From positions 128,001 through 192,000 of the forward strand of contig JBFMHR010000005.1 of the NCBI GenBank assembly GCA_040751795.1: DNA of 64,000 nt, in the 5' to 3' direction. The DNA comes from Thermoplasmatota archaeon. Lineage in GTDB: Archaea; Thermoplasmatota; Thermoplasmata; UBA10834. Both the position numbers and the translations under genes were made by a program. Shown here in pieces: positions 1-10,511 of this stretch (the stretch's first letter is position 1; every line of letters begins with the position of its first letter). Under the pieces are notes generated by a model. The model did not search any database. It had not been told where the DNA came from and saw only the letters and a list, made by a program, of their open reading frames with translations.

Positions 1-393
1 GATAATGCACCAGAAGAACGGGAGCCATGACCTGACGGAACGTACGACTCCAAAATCATCGGTTAGCCCGTCACCCGACAGATTCACGACAACGTCTGAT
101 CTCTTGTATTCGCTCTTCCTCGTCTCTCCGCCAACTAGCTCAATCCTCAGACATCTCTCGAGGACTATCAGAATGGTTTCTGCGAATATCCTGATGTTGG
201 ATACATCATGAGGAATCCTGATGGCTAGTGCGGTCTCGAAGCGTCTGTCTCTTTCGGGACTATAGGAGATGAACGTGATCGCAGGGTTCTCGAATACTCT
301 CCTAATCTCCATGATCGCGGACAGAACTATGGATGCCGTCCCTCGATTCCTCGAGAGTTCTGCCCCGACTAGCAAGAATCTCAGGCCAGTCAT
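1..393 (-). CDS. Polysaccharide pyruvyltransferase family (WcaK-like), runs off the left edge
   Basis: Not in the ORF track. Manual translation from ATG at 393: MTGLRFLLVGAELSRNRGTASIVLSAI...SDVVVNLSGDGLTDDFG, open to position 1. NxG..I..S and DxVvxLSGDxxxDxxG motifs are typical of this family. Confidence 0.7.
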   Translation of the reverse strand, partial: MTGLRFLLVGAELSRNRGTASIVLSAIMEIRRVFENPAITFISYSPERDRRFETALAIRIPHDVSNIRIFAETILIVLERCLRIELVGGETRKSEYKRSDVVVNLSGDGLTDDFGVVRSVRSWLPFFWCII

Positions 394-815
394 TGCTATT
401 ATCAGACTGGAGTGAATTGACTGCACATAAGCTTAACTGGACGCAATGCACCATCTCTGGATCTCATGCCGATTTGACTGGCCATAACCTTGTTAATCAT
501 GGGCGTGCTCGATTGGGATGGTCCCCGCTATGCATGTTTGATGCTCCTGCTCAAGTCACAGATACTAAACTCGCCGCTCAGAAGTGGATTGATGAGAACC
601 CTGCCCAATCTGCACCTTCTTGTCTCTGCCCCGCGGTGAGCACATGGATTCAACGCCAGGTTTCATCCTTACCTGTCAATCCTGACACTCAGCGGTGCTT
701 CATCCCCGATGTTACCGAGAACCCCAGGCAAATCCGATTCGGAGGCGCCTAGCACCATGGCGTGATCGCATCGCTTCATGATAGGGGTCTGAAAACATAA
801 TTATACTTCAGCTTC

Positions 816-1784
816 ATGACGGAGAAGGTATCGATGGTCAACGTCCTAGCATTCATCGGGTCATTTGCGGTTGCCTTCTTGGTGACATTCATCATCATTC
901 CTTGGTTGATACCCCAGTTGAAAGCTAGGGGAATTGTCGGGAAGGATCTGAACAAGCCTAGCCAACCAGAGATTGCTGAGATGGGCGGAATTGCGGTCGT
1001 GATTGGCTTCTTTGCAGGAGTGAGCATACTCCTTGCCATGGATGATGTGACCAACAAGGAGGTCTTCAATGTCTCCCTCTCAGTCCTCATGGGGTCTGCA
1101 TTCATCGGCATGATAGACGATCTATTTGAGTTGAGACAGAGGCAGAAAGCCCTTTTCCCTTTTCTGCTGGCTTTGCCATTTGGTGCATCTCTCAATCCCG
1201 TGGTAAGCCTCCCTTTCATTGGAGAGGTGCACTTCGGAATCGCTATGATTATCGCTGCACCATTTGCCATCACATGTGCAGCGAACGCAGGCAACATGCT
1301 CGAAGGGTTCAACGGTCTAGGCACAGGACTTGGAATCATCATGTCTTCCACGCTGATTCTGCTAGCCTTTGAACATGATAGACTTGACGGGCTCTATCTA
1401 CTCATCCCCTTGCTGGGAACCCTGCTCGCCTTTCTATGGTTCAATAAGTATCCGTCGCGAATATTCCCAGGCGACACCCTCATGCTGTTCATCGGCACGA
1501 CTCTAGCCGTCTCTGGAATGCTCTCTGGCTTACATTTCCAGACCGGTTTCATCTTCATGCCCATGATAATCGAGTTCTTTCTGAAATGGCGTGGGCGTTT
1601 CAAGGCTGAGAACTATGCATCTGGACTGAAGGGTGGTTATCTGGAATATCACGGCAGGATTGAATCCATCACACACTTATTCATGAAGCATGCTAGGGTT
1701 ACCGAAAGATCTTTGACAATCGCCATCTGGGCTATCGAGGCGGTCTTCTGCGCCTTGGTGGTTGTCGGGGATTCGGTCATCTGA
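816..1784 (+). CDS. UDP-GlcNAc:dolichyl-phosphate GlcNAc-1-phosphate transferase (GPT/AglH, MraY/GT-4 Pfam family)
   Basis: Polytopic membrane protein with GKDLNK, EMGG, IGMIDD, NMLEGFNGL and FNKYPSRIFPGD motifs. Confidence 0.9.
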   Translation: MTEKVSMVNVLAFIGSFAVAFLVTFIIIPWLIPQLKARGIVGKDLNKPSQPEIAEMGGIAVVIGFFAGVSILLAMDDVTNKEVFNVSLSVLMGSAFIGMIDDLFELRQRQKALFPFLLALPFGASLNPVVSLPFIGEVHFGIAMIIAAPFAITCAANAGNMLEGFNGLGTGLGIIMSSTLILLAFEHDRLDGLYLLIPLLGTLLAFLWFNKYPSRIFPGDTLMLFIGTTLAVSGMLSGLHFQTGFIFMPMIIEFFLKWRGRFKAENYASGLKGGYLEYHGRIESITHLFMKHARVTERSLTIAIWAIEAVFCALVVVGDSVI

Positions 1785-1801
1785 GCAGATTGCAGGAATT
1801 C

Positions 1802-3592
1802 TCAAGATTGAAAGGCAATAATCCTATTGTCGGAGGGTCCTCCGATATACACAACATTCGAATCATCTAGAACGGTATCCACCTCATTGCTGTCGAGAAA
1901 TATCCGTCCTTGAGGGTAGTTGTTCACACCTAGAGCGCTCCATTCATCAAGCAGCAAGTTGATGCTTTCGGGGCTCAGCTGTTCAGATTCAGCGAGCCGA
2001 CGCGGCAGACTGGGATCCTGCGCGTAATCATACAGAGCGCGCGCAATATAGGAGATACGCTCGTCAGACCGAATATTCATATCAAGGCCGCAAGTATCAT
2101 GTGCCCATGTGATGGCATCGAATTCGTACAATTCTGTATCATGCCTGACTCCCGTGAGCGTATCAGTTGCGTAACTGAATGGAAATGACACTATCAGCAC
2201 CGCAGAGAGGATGATGACAAGTGCCTTTCTCATTCGTGGTCTTCGATATACAGCTGCACACGCAGCGCCAACACCTAATGCCAACGGTATCTCAGAGAAG
2301 TCATATGTGCGGTAGATGAGCGCATGCCCCATCTGCGCCGAATCCTCTAGAATTGCCAGAAGAAGGAACATGAAGATGGGCAGCAGGAATCCAAGCGGGA
2401 CAGACCTGTATCTTGAGTGTGACTCAATTAGGTACTCCATTCCGTACCAGCCAACACCAACGACTATCGCCATACAGAATGCTAGGATCATCACGTAGTG
2501 CGGGGCAGCTTGTTCGTATTCGAACATGGGGTTAATGTAATCAATGATGAAGAGGGAGAACACAAGCGTCGCCGGGATGGGGGCGAAGGACACGCGGTAT
2601 CTCGATTCCTTATTCAGGTAAAGGTAAGTTATTGCGACTATGACCGCAAGAGAGCCGCCAATCATTGCGATCTCCTGAACGCTATCGGCGTAGGCTAGAC
2701 GGTTCAATGAGTTCATGGAGTAGTAGGCATAGGTGACAAGTGTCGTGGCAATCATTGCCACCAGATCACGCACATGACGGGTTCTCAGTACCTGCGCCTT
2801 GGCAGCAAAGGCAAGGGAGACCAGAGTCAGATACCATAGCGCCAAGTATACGATTGCCGCAATGAGGTGGTGGACAATTGGGAGGACGAGTAGAATAGTC
2901 ATGCTGAGCAGGAACATCCTGATATCGCTACGGCTGATGTATAGATAGATTATGAATGCGATGAGGGCTACGCCGAGCGACTCCTTCCAGGCTGACCCGG
3001 ATAGAAACACGAACGAGCCAAACAAGCCGAGTACAAAGGATGATAACATTGCAGCAATGGCGTTCGAAGAGACTTTGAGTGCAACTGCATAGATTCCCAC
3101 AACGGTAAGCACTGAAAATGCCGCAACCAGAAACTGGGCCACCCAGAATGGCGAAGTCCCTAACATTAGTGCTGCAAATGCCAGAATAAGGTTGAATGCA
3201 GGTGTTATCACGCTGTGAGAATCTGCGTAGAATGCATCAGAGGGATATGAGAGGCCGCCGCTCGAAATGATGTCCTCGGCAATCCGACTCTCAGTCATGC
3301 CATCATTATTGAAGGGGAATGGAGAAATTGCGAGTGGCACCAATCGAGTAGATAGGGCCATGAACACCAGCGACAGTATAATGGCACGCCGCATTCCTCC
3401 AAATCCTCTTATGGACTTCCCGATGCTAAGGATTCTCGCAATGAGTGGTTGTCTCGAGTTGTTCTGATGCACAGTTGGAGATTCATGTTCCGCTTCATTA
3501 AAGGGCTGTCCTTCCTGCCTGATAGGATTTAAGGAAGTGCGGTTGGCCACCTTTGGGTCTGAGTCCAATCCGGGGGATTTCATGATATGCAT
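1802..3592 (-). CDS. Polytopic membrane protein, putative GT-C fold glycosyltransferase (paralog of 54389-56014); start uncertain (alternative ATG 3394)
   Basis: About 12-13 hydrophobic segments, acidic first loop (PFNNDGMTE) and a soluble C-terminal domain; lies in a glycosylation locus. Confidence 0.6.
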   Translation of the reverse strand: MHIMKSPGLDSDPKVANRTSLNPIRQEGQPFNEAEHESPTVHQNNSRQPLIARILSIGKSIRGFGGMRRAIILSLVFMALSTRLVPLAISPFPFNNDGMTESRIAEDIISSGGLSYPSDAFYADSHSVITPAFNLILAFAALMLGTSPFWVAQFLVAAFSVLTVVGIYAVALKVSSNAIAAMLSSFVLGLFGSFVFLSGSAWKESLGVALIAFIIYLYISRSDIRMFLLSMTILLVLPIVHHLIAAIVYLALWYLTLVSLAFAAKAQVLRTRHVRDLVAMIATTLVTYAYYSMNSLNRLAYADSVQEIAMIGGSLAVIVAITYLYLNKESRYRVSFAPIPATLVFSLFIIDYINPMFEYEQAAPHYVMILAFCMAIVVGVGWYGMEYLIESHSRYRSVPLGFLLPIFMFLLLAILEDSAQMGHALIYRTYDFSEIPLALGVGAACAAVYRRPRMRKALVIILSAVLIVSFPFSYATDTLTGVRHDTELYEFDAITWAHDTCGLDMNIRSDERISYIARALYDYAQDPSLPRRLAESEQLSPESINLLLDEWSALGVNNYPQGRIFLDSNEVDTVLDDSNVVYIGGPSDNRIIAFQS

Positions 3593-4141
3593 GTCATTTC
3601 GACCTCGAAATGTCTATCTACGCGGGACTCAATAGTCAGATTTCCAATATCGAACTCCACACAATGCATCTCATCCGGCCTCATCCGATGTCGCATCTGG
3701 AAATCTCTACCTGGTCTTATCGCATCGTCTGGCTGCTGCAGCTCTTTGGTTCATGATATCCCATACAATGCTATGTCTCGGTTTGCACCGCATGCGGTTT
3801 GGATTACTCATGCATCACCGATGTTGAATCGCCAGATGAACGAAGCCGTTCTATATATTCGTTGGCTGCACATTGCGGTGGGGAGAGGCATGAAGACTAC
3901 TGAGCCACTCGCCATGGATCCGGATGGCTGTCCAGCTGCGGCTCGAGTACTATGTGAGGTTTCAACGACTGCAAGTGCCAGAACCTGCCACGCGGTCTGC
4001 TGTGGTATGCTAGACAAGACAATGCCCCTCACCTGCCACCTAGAGATACCAAGATATATTGGGATACCCACTCATGCCAATCAGATCGGCCATCATGTCA
4101 TCTCAATTGGCGCAATGGCCGATACTCATGAGTGATGACCA

Positions 4142-5314
4142 ATGTCAGTGCGGCTAATAAGAGTGGTAATCTTCCACAATCTGCCAACATCATACAGACT
4201 CCAGTGGTTCCAGCACATTCTCCGAGACCCCGACCTCGACGTTAGGATATTCCTTACTGGACGACCCAGGTCGAATCGTCCGTATTGGGTCGATGCTCCG
4301 GAATTCCGAGATGGGCGGGTTACAGCCCTTCGCGGACTGGGCTTCCCGCTCAAAGGCCTAGACAATGACAGGTACAATATCAATCCCGGACTCTTGAGAG
4401 TCCTCGATGGGCGCCCAGATGTAGTCATGCTGTTCGGATACGCTGAGCCGACCAACCTCGCGGTCGCAATGCTTTGTCGACTGAGAGGGATTCCTTACAT
4501 ACTGTCTGCCGAAGTGTCAGATGTCTGGGGCCAGTCTCTGACTGGAAGGATAAGCATGCCTCTTGTCAAGCGAGTAGTCAGGAACGCAGCTGGTCTAGCT
4601 CCGGCTAGCACGACGTGTGCTCGGTTCTTCGAGAGTCTTGGCGGAAATCGTGAGTCTATGTCGATTATTCCATGTGTTCCCGACGTTGAACCTCTCAGAC
4701 GTGCGAGGGAATCGCTAGGATTAGATGCATCGATTATCAAGGATCGTTTGAATCTGAAGGGGATGTCCATCGTTCTGTTCGTTGGGCGATTGCACGACTA
4801 CAAAGGGGTGCGCGAGGCAATCGAGGCGCTCGGAATAGTAAGGCGATCAAGACCTGACGTCGTGATGGTGATTGTGGGGAGCGGACCTTTGGGGAGTTAT
4901 GTCGAGGAAATGAGCAGACAGCTGGCGCCTAACCTCATGTTCCTCGGAACTGTCGATGACGCTACTCTTCGGGACTTGTACTTGGCATCGGATATACACA
5001 TCATGCCTTCATGGCATGAGGCCTTTGGCGTCGTCTGTGCTGAAGCGCTCGGGTATGGAGTGCCATCAATAGTCACGCGAACCTCAGGATGCAGCGATTT
5101 GGTGACCGATGGGGAGAATGGATACATCATCAATCCTGGAGATGCTCAGGAACTCGCCCATGCGATTATCGTGTCCCTCTCTGACCCGATTGCCCTCGAC
5201 CGTATGAAGAAACTTGCTTTTTCGAAGTCAGAAGACTTTTCGATGAGCATCATTATGGCCAGGCTCAAGAGACTTATCCATGAAGTGGCAGAGCGTTCAC
5301 GAGTATCAAGATGA
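4142..5314 (+). CDS. Glycosyltransferase family 4
   Basis: LFVGRL..YKG and PSWHEAFGVVCAEA (EX7E) motifs. Confidence 0.9.
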   Translation: MSVRLIRVVIFHNLPTSYRLQWFQHILRDPDLDVRIFLTGRPRSNRPYWVDAPEFRDGRVTALRGLGFPLKGLDNDRYNINPGLLRVLDGRPDVVMLFGYAEPTNLAVAMLCRLRGIPYILSAEVSDVWGQSLTGRISMPLVKRVVRNAAGLAPASTTCARFFESLGGNRESMSIIPCVPDVEPLRRARESLGLDASIIKDRLNLKGMSIVLFVGRLHDYKGVREAIEALGIVRRSRPDVVMVIVGSGPLGSYVEEMSRQLAPNLMFLGTVDDATLRDLYLASDIHIMPSWHEAFGVVCAEALGYGVPSIVTRTSGCSDLVTDGENGYIINPGDAQELAHAIIVSLSDPIALDRMKKLAFSKSEDFSMSIIMARLKRLIHEVAERSRVSR

Positions 5315-5654
5315 CACTCAGCGAACGGTCAATTGAATTCTAGGGCGCGACTCATGATTCTCTCAAATGAGATATCGAGACCTCCAATCGCAGGCGAGTT
5401 CTGAATCTCAACTCACCATCGCGCGTTAGTGGGGCGGCGCGTCTCGACTCAGCAGTCCCATTGGCTGCCTCTTTCCGCGAACCACCGATTAGTGTGATGG
5501 AGACATGAAGTCCAAGCTTACGCCCTTCTGGAGGATTCTGCAGGGCAGGGCGAGGGAAAGACATATCTGTGCCGTTTGGCTATTGCATCTTGCTGCCAAT
5601 CAATAGGCACCGCTGAGGGATCGCTGGCTATTCATTAATCGAGGCTGTTGGAAG

Positions 5655-6935
5655 ATGTCGGATGCGGGAAATGGAACTGCGAATGTCATCAAAGATGCCT
5701 ATGTCGAAGCCAGTAAGGAGACTCGCACGAGCGACTTGCCCACAGTCTACTTCCTGGGCGGCCACCATCCGTCAAACGAGCCATTCATACGATCTCCCCC
5801 TTCGAATGTGAGACTGTGTTCAAGGGTGACTGCGAAGGAATTCGAGGAATTCGGTAGGCTCAAACAGTATAGTGGCATGTGGCCGGTAATGAAGAAGACA
5901 AATGATGCTCTCTACAGATCCATTGGCATGCCGCGCCTTCTTCCTGTATTCGGCAGATACGACCTCGTGCACACGAATGGCTCAGTGATACCTTTGTGTC
6001 CCGGCCCATGGGTTGCCAGCATAGAGAACCCTTCAGCATTCTATGGATTCGATGAGAGGTGGCATGAGATTCCGCGTATGAGGAAACGGCTTGCATCATT
6101 CTTGATATCGGAGAGATGCAGGGCAATAATGCCATATTCAGAGGCATCAAAGAGGTACCTGATGATGGGGCTAGCTGACTGGAAAGAGACCCTCGAACTC
6201 AAGACCGAAGTCATTCCCCTAGCGATTGATAAACGCCTCATAAGGAAGAAACCTGAGGACTTGAAGGCTAGGGATGTATCTGAGAAGATGCGATTCCTCT
6301 TCGTTGGCAATCACTTCTTCGACAAAGGCGGACGGGAAGTCTTGAGAGCTTTCCGCAACATTCGTGATTATCACGACTCTGAACTCACAATCGTCACTTC
6401 CGCGCCACCGCACCACTCCAAGGAGTTCCAGGAGTACATACCTAAGATCAAGGCCGAGAAGGATGTAAGATTCTATCATACTGGTATTCCAAGGTCTGAG
6501 CTAATGAAGCTCTATGACTCATCGCATGTGTTTGCGTTCCCATCATATATGGATCAAGTCCCGTTCGTATTCCTTGAAGCTATGGCGGCAGGGTTGCCTC
6601 TGATAGGCTCCAACTCCTACGCGATGCCAGAGATGTCAATCGATGGCTCTAATGGCTTCGTTGTTGAGAGTCCTTGGGTTGCATTTCCTAAATCAGAGTT
6701 GAGAACTGTGCGCCATCTCGTCGCCTATCGCTCTGCAGTACTCGAGGAACGTAATTTCGACGGAGTTGTCGAGAACCTGATTGATAAGATGAAGTTCCTG
6801 ATTGACCACGAAGATACAAGGATGATGTTCGCCAGGGAGTCACTTGAGATGGTGATTAATGGCAGATACTCTTTGGGTTGCAGGAACAAGGCGTTGTCTG
6901 CCGTATACTCTAGGAGTCTGCCGAGAATTCGATGA
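5655..6935 (+). CDS. Glycosyltransferase family 4 (paralog of 36562-37848)
   Basis: FLFVGNHFFDKGG and FPSYMDQVPFVFLEAMAAGLP motifs. Confidence 0.85.
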   Translation: MSDAGNGTANVIKDAYVEASKETRTSDLPTVYFLGGHHPSNEPFIRSPPSNVRLCSRVTAKEFEEFGRLKQYSGMWPVMKKTNDALYRSIGMPRLLPVFGRYDLVHTNGSVIPLCPGPWVASIENPSAFYGFDERWHEIPRMRKRLASFLISERCRAIMPYSEASKRYLMMGLADWKETLELKTEVIPLAIDKRLIRKKPEDLKARDVSEKMRFLFVGNHFFDKGGREVLRAFRNIRDYHDSELTIVTSAPPHHSKEFQEYIPKIKAEKDVRFYHTGIPRSELMKLYDSSHVFAFPSYMDQVPFVFLEAMAAGLPLIGSNSYAMPEMSIDGSNGFVVESPWVAFPKSELRTVRHLVAYRSAVLEERNFDGVVENLIDKMKFLIDHEDTRMMFARESLEMVINGRYSLGCRNKALSAVYSRSLPRIR

Positions 6936-7262
6936 TAGTTTCATAGAGCGGGGCAGCCGATTGACGATTCTGGATTCATAATCATCCACCAGAAGGGCCT
7001 GGTCATAGATATTGAACCCCAGTGTCCATCCCGAGCATATATCATTTGAACTCGACTTCGATTCGAACCACCCCGTTGCCCATTCTCCGGTGTTGTACAG
7101 AAGTGGACGGACTTATGTGGCCAACGCTCGGCCGGGAGGAGGTTCCCACAGACTCTGTTGGGACTTGAACACAGAGGCCATTTTTCCCACGCGATTCACC
7201 CAACCCGGTCTATTAATGGAGAGGATTATTATCTTCGATGCCTCTCCAAGCTTGGCTTCGAC

Positions 7263-8243
7263 ATGATTATCTCTAGGACTCCTTTGAGGGTCAGCCTCGC
7301 TGGCGGAGGCACGGATATGGCCGATTACTACCGCTCAGGTTTCGGGGCGGTCACTGCGTCCGCAATCAAGAAGTACATGTATGTGACAGTGAACAAGAGG
7401 TTCGAGGACAACATCCGTGTCAGTTACTCCAAGACTGAGATCGTTGCTACCCTTGATGCGCTCGAGCACGGGATTGTCAGAGAGTGCCTCAGGAAAGTGG
7501 GTATAAGGAGCGGAATCGAGGTTACAACAATAGCAGACATCCCCTCGAAGGGCACAGGCCTGGGCTCGTCCTCCGCGCTTGCAGTGGGACTCCTGAATGC
7601 TCTATATGCCTTCAAAGGGTATCGAGCCTCTCCGAAGAAGCTCGCCGAGGAGGCGTGCGAGATCGAGATTGAGCAGCTGCATGAGCCAATCGGCAAGCAG
7701 GATCAATATATGGCTGCCTATGGAGGGCTTCAGCACTTCAGGTTCAATGCGGATGAGACCGTACTTATAGACCCTGTCGTGTGTCCTGCGAAGACTAAGC
7801 GGGATATTGAGCAGCACCTGATGTTGTTCTTCACTGGCCGAAGCAGGAACGCTAGGGATATTCTGACAGCCCAGAAGAGCAACGCAGGCAAGAAGAAGGA
7901 GACGCTCGACATCATGCGCGACCAGGCTGTCAGCCTCTTCCAGGACCTTGTCTCACTCCAGGTCGGCCGGATAGGGGAGGTCCTCAGGGAGGGGTGGAAC
8001 CTGAAGAAGTCCCTGGCCGAAGGCATCTCGGACAAGGAGATAGATGCACTCATGGAGAAGGCGATGACTGCGGGAGCAGTCGGTGGCAAGATCACAGGGG
8101 CTGGGGGAGGAGGATTCATGGTGCTCTTCGTTCCTCCTGAGCGGCAATGGGGCGTGAGGAACGCACTCGTGGACCTCAAGGAGGTAGAATTCAAGATTGA
8201 ACCTCAGGGTTCACGGATAATCTATGTCGGAGATGAGATGTGA
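7263..8243 (+). CDS. hddA: D-glycero-alpha-D-manno-heptose 7-phosphate kinase (GHMP kinase)
   Basis: MIISRTPLRVSLAGGGTD, GTGLGSSS, IGKQDQY and GAGGGG motifs; adjacent to gmhA and gmhB. Start placed at ATG 7263. Confidence 0.88.
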   Translation: MIISRTPLRVSLAGGGTDMADYYRSGFGAVTASAIKKYMYVTVNKRFEDNIRVSYSKTEIVATLDALEHGIVRECLRKVGIRSGIEVTTIADIPSKGTGLGSSSALAVGLLNALYAFKGYRASPKKLAEEACEIEIEQLHEPIGKQDQYMAAYGGLQHFRFNADETVLIDPVVCPAKTKRDIEQHLMLFFTGRSRNARDILTAQKSNAGKKKETLDIMRDQAVSLFQDLVSLQVGRIGEVLREGWNLKKSLAEGISDKEIDALMEKAMTAGAVGGKITGAGGGGFMVLFVPPERQWGVRNALVDLKEVEFKIEPQGSRIIYVGDEM

Positions 8244-8836
8244 TGGGTGACGTGGATCATCGGACTGTCAAGTATCTTGATGAGGTCATCCGTTCCCTTG
8301 AGGGCATGAAGAGAGACTTCCCCTCGAAGGCGACCGAGATCGTCTCAATACTGACTCGAGCCAGAACCTCCGGAAAGAAGGTGTACGTGATGGGGAACGG
8401 CGGCAGCGCATCGACCGCCTCGCACATGGCGTCCGACCTCAACAAGGGTGCCAACAGGGACGATGCCCCCAGGTTCAGAGCGATAGCGTTGACCGACAAC
8501 ATCCCATTGATGATGGCCTGGGCGAATGATTCCTCCTATGATGATGTGTTCGTGGAGCAGCTGAGAAATCACCTCGAGGAGGGCGACGTGGTCATAGGGA
8601 TCAGCGGTTCTGGCAACTCCCCGAACGTGTTGAAGGCGGTCGAATATGCCAACACGAACGGGGCAGTCACGATAGGCATCACCGGCTTTGACGGCGGGAA
8701 GCTGGCCAAGATGGCGAGAGTCGCCTACGTCGTCCCTTCGCACTGCATGCAACAGGTGGAGGACGCACACTTGATTATGGAACACATGCTCTCCATGATA
8801 CTGAGGGACTCCCCGGAATGCGCCTGCGGGCGATGA
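8243..8836 (+). CDS. gmhA: Phosphoheptose isomerase (SIS domain)
   Basis: GNGGSASTASH, ANDSSY, ISGSGNSPNV and QQVEDAH motifs; coupled to the hddA stop. Confidence 0.9.
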   Translation: MGDVDHRTVKYLDEVIRSLEGMKRDFPSKATEIVSILTRARTSGKKVYVMGNGGSASTASHMASDLNKGANRDDAPRFRAIALTDNIPLMMAWANDSSYDDVFVEQLRNHLEEGDVVIGISGSGNSPNVLKAVEYANTNGAVTIGITGFDGGKLAKMARVAYVVPSHCMQQVEDAHLIMEHMLSMILRDSPECACGR

Positions 8837-8863
8837 GGACCTCCGAGATCGGAATGAGATACA

Positions 8864-9451
8864 ATGCCCACCCACTTCACGTCCCCGAAGGGAAGGATTG
8901 CAGTCTTCGTCGACAGGGACGGAACGATATGTTTCGACAGACACTATCTTGCGGATCCAGATGGCCTTGAGCTGATACCTACGGTGATTGAAGGCATCAA
9001 GAAGCTCAATGACGTGGGTCTGCCCGTCATAGTGGTGACGAACCAGTCCGGAATAGCCAGGGGCAAGTTCGACGAGAAGCGATTGGATGAGATCCATGCG
9101 AGGTTGCGCGGGCTTTTGTCTGCAGGCGGCGCTCACATAGACGACCTCTTCTTCTGTCCTCATATGCCGGATGCAGGGTGCAGATGCAGGAAACCCGCTG
9201 TGGGGATGCTCCTGGATGCAGCCGATAGACATGGAATCCACCTGAAAGGGTCGTTCATGATTGGGGATAGGATGATGGACATCGAGATGGCACACAAGGT
9301 GGGTGCCAGGGCCGCGTTGGTTCCGGAGCCCGGCGACCAGTACGACGTCGCGTCTGAGATGAGACTGTCGAGGGAGAGACCAGACATCCAGTTGAATACG
9401 TTCGTCGAAGCAGTGGATTGGATTCTGGGCAATATCAGAGATGAACCGTAG
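8864..9451 (+). CDS. gmhB: D,D-heptose 1,7-bisphosphate phosphatase (HAD IIIA)
   Basis: DRDGT, VTNQSG, CPH..CRCRKP and IGDRxxD motifs. Confidence 0.9.
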   Translation: MPTHFTSPKGRIAVFVDRDGTICFDRHYLADPDGLELIPTVIEGIKKLNDVGLPVIVVTNQSGIARGKFDEKRLDEIHARLRGLLSAGGAHIDDLFFCPHMPDAGCRCRKPAVGMLLDAADRHGIHLKGSFMIGDRMMDIEMAHKVGARAALVPEPGDQYDVASEMRLSRERPDIQLNTFVEAVDWILGNIRDEP

Positions 9452-10511
9452 TGTTCTCGCCCACGACCAGTCTCTCTCCTTTGGGGAGCATGCCCGCCGA
9501 ACTGAGTATCTTCGACCCTCTGCCGATGACGCTTCTGACGATCTTGCGTTCCACGTTGATGACGGCGTCCTCCATGACCATGGAGTCGTCGACCTCGGCT
9601 GACGATATCTGGCACCTGTCCCCCACTGCGGTGTAGGGGCCGATGTACGCCCCTGGGCCTATCTTGCACCCTTCGCCGATTATCGCCGGTCCCCTGACGA
9701 CGGACCTTCCAGTGACTACCGTCCCCTTGCCAATCCTGACCCTCCCAACCACAGAGGAGCCAGATTCGATCTTTCCATCGTTCAATGATTCGATTCCATC
9801 GAGGATGAGGTGGTTCGCATCGAGAATGTCATCAGGCCTTCCTGTGTCCTTCCACCATCCCTCGACGCGGTGAGGCGTGACCTTGTAACCCGCATCTATC
9901 AGCATGGAGATCGCGTCGGTTATCTCCATCTCATTCCTCCAGGAGGGCCTCAACCTGGGATACACCTCGAAGAAGGTGGAGTTGAAGGCGTAGATACCTA
10001 TCACTGCCAGGTCCGACTTCGGTTCCTTCGGCTTCTCCACGGTCCTGAGCACGGTCTTCCCGTCCTCAGACAGCTCCGCGATGCCATACCTCTGGGGCTC
10101 CTTCACGGGCATGAGGGATATCACACAGTCAGCCTTCTCTTCGGCCATCTTCTTCGGGATCTCCCGGATGCCCGATTTCAGCAGGTTGTCTCCGAGGTAG
10201 ACTATGAACGGGTCGTCACCCATGAACTCCTTTGAGCAGTTCACCGCATGGGCGATACCCATGGGCTTCCCCTGCACGATGTAGGTGAACCTCGCGCCGA
10301 ACCTTGCCCCATCGCCGAGGAACTCCTGGACCTTCTCCGGCATCATGTTCCCGAGTATGATGCCGATATCGGTTATGCCCGCATCCGTGAGGTCCTCGAT
10401 GCAGTACTGTATGTTCGGCTTGTTCGCTATCGGTATCAACTGCTTCGGACCGGTGTGGGTCAAAGGCCTCAGCCCGGTTCCGTATCCACCCGCGAGGACC
10501 AGTCCCTTCAT
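9435..10511 (-). CDS. rmlA: Glucose-1-phosphate thymidylyltransferase (long form with C-terminal hexapeptide domain)
   Basis: MKGLVLAGGYGTGLRPLT, YLGDN, EKP and WWKDTG motifs; ATG 10511 overlaps the rmlD stop (ATGA). Confidence 0.9.
   Translation of the reverse strand: MKGLVLAGGYGTGLRPLTHTGPKQLIPIANKPNIQYCIEDLTDAGITDIGIILGNMMPEKVQEFLGDGARFGARFTYIVQGKPMGIAHAVNCSKEFMGDDPFIVYLGDNLLKSGIREIPKKMAEEKADCVISLMPVKEPQRYGIAELSEDGKTVLRTVEKPKEPKSDLAVIGIYAFNSTFFEVYPRLRPSWRNEMEITDAISMLIDAGYKVTPHRVEGWWKDTGRPDDILDANHLILDGIESLNDGKIESGSSVVGRVRIGKGTVVTGRSVVRGPAIIGEGCKIGPGAYIGPYTAVGDRCQISSAEVDDSMVMEDAVINVERKIVRSVIGRGSKILSSAGMLPKGERLVVGENTTVHL

Noticed and set aside
333-752. 139-aa ORF, plus spacer ORFs 3587-4135+, 3808-4071-, 5352-5564- and 45737-46075-
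   Set aside because: No recognisable motifs or SD, and atypical composition. Treated as non-coding, although small genes or ncRNAs in these 300-550-bp spacers cannot be excluded by eye.
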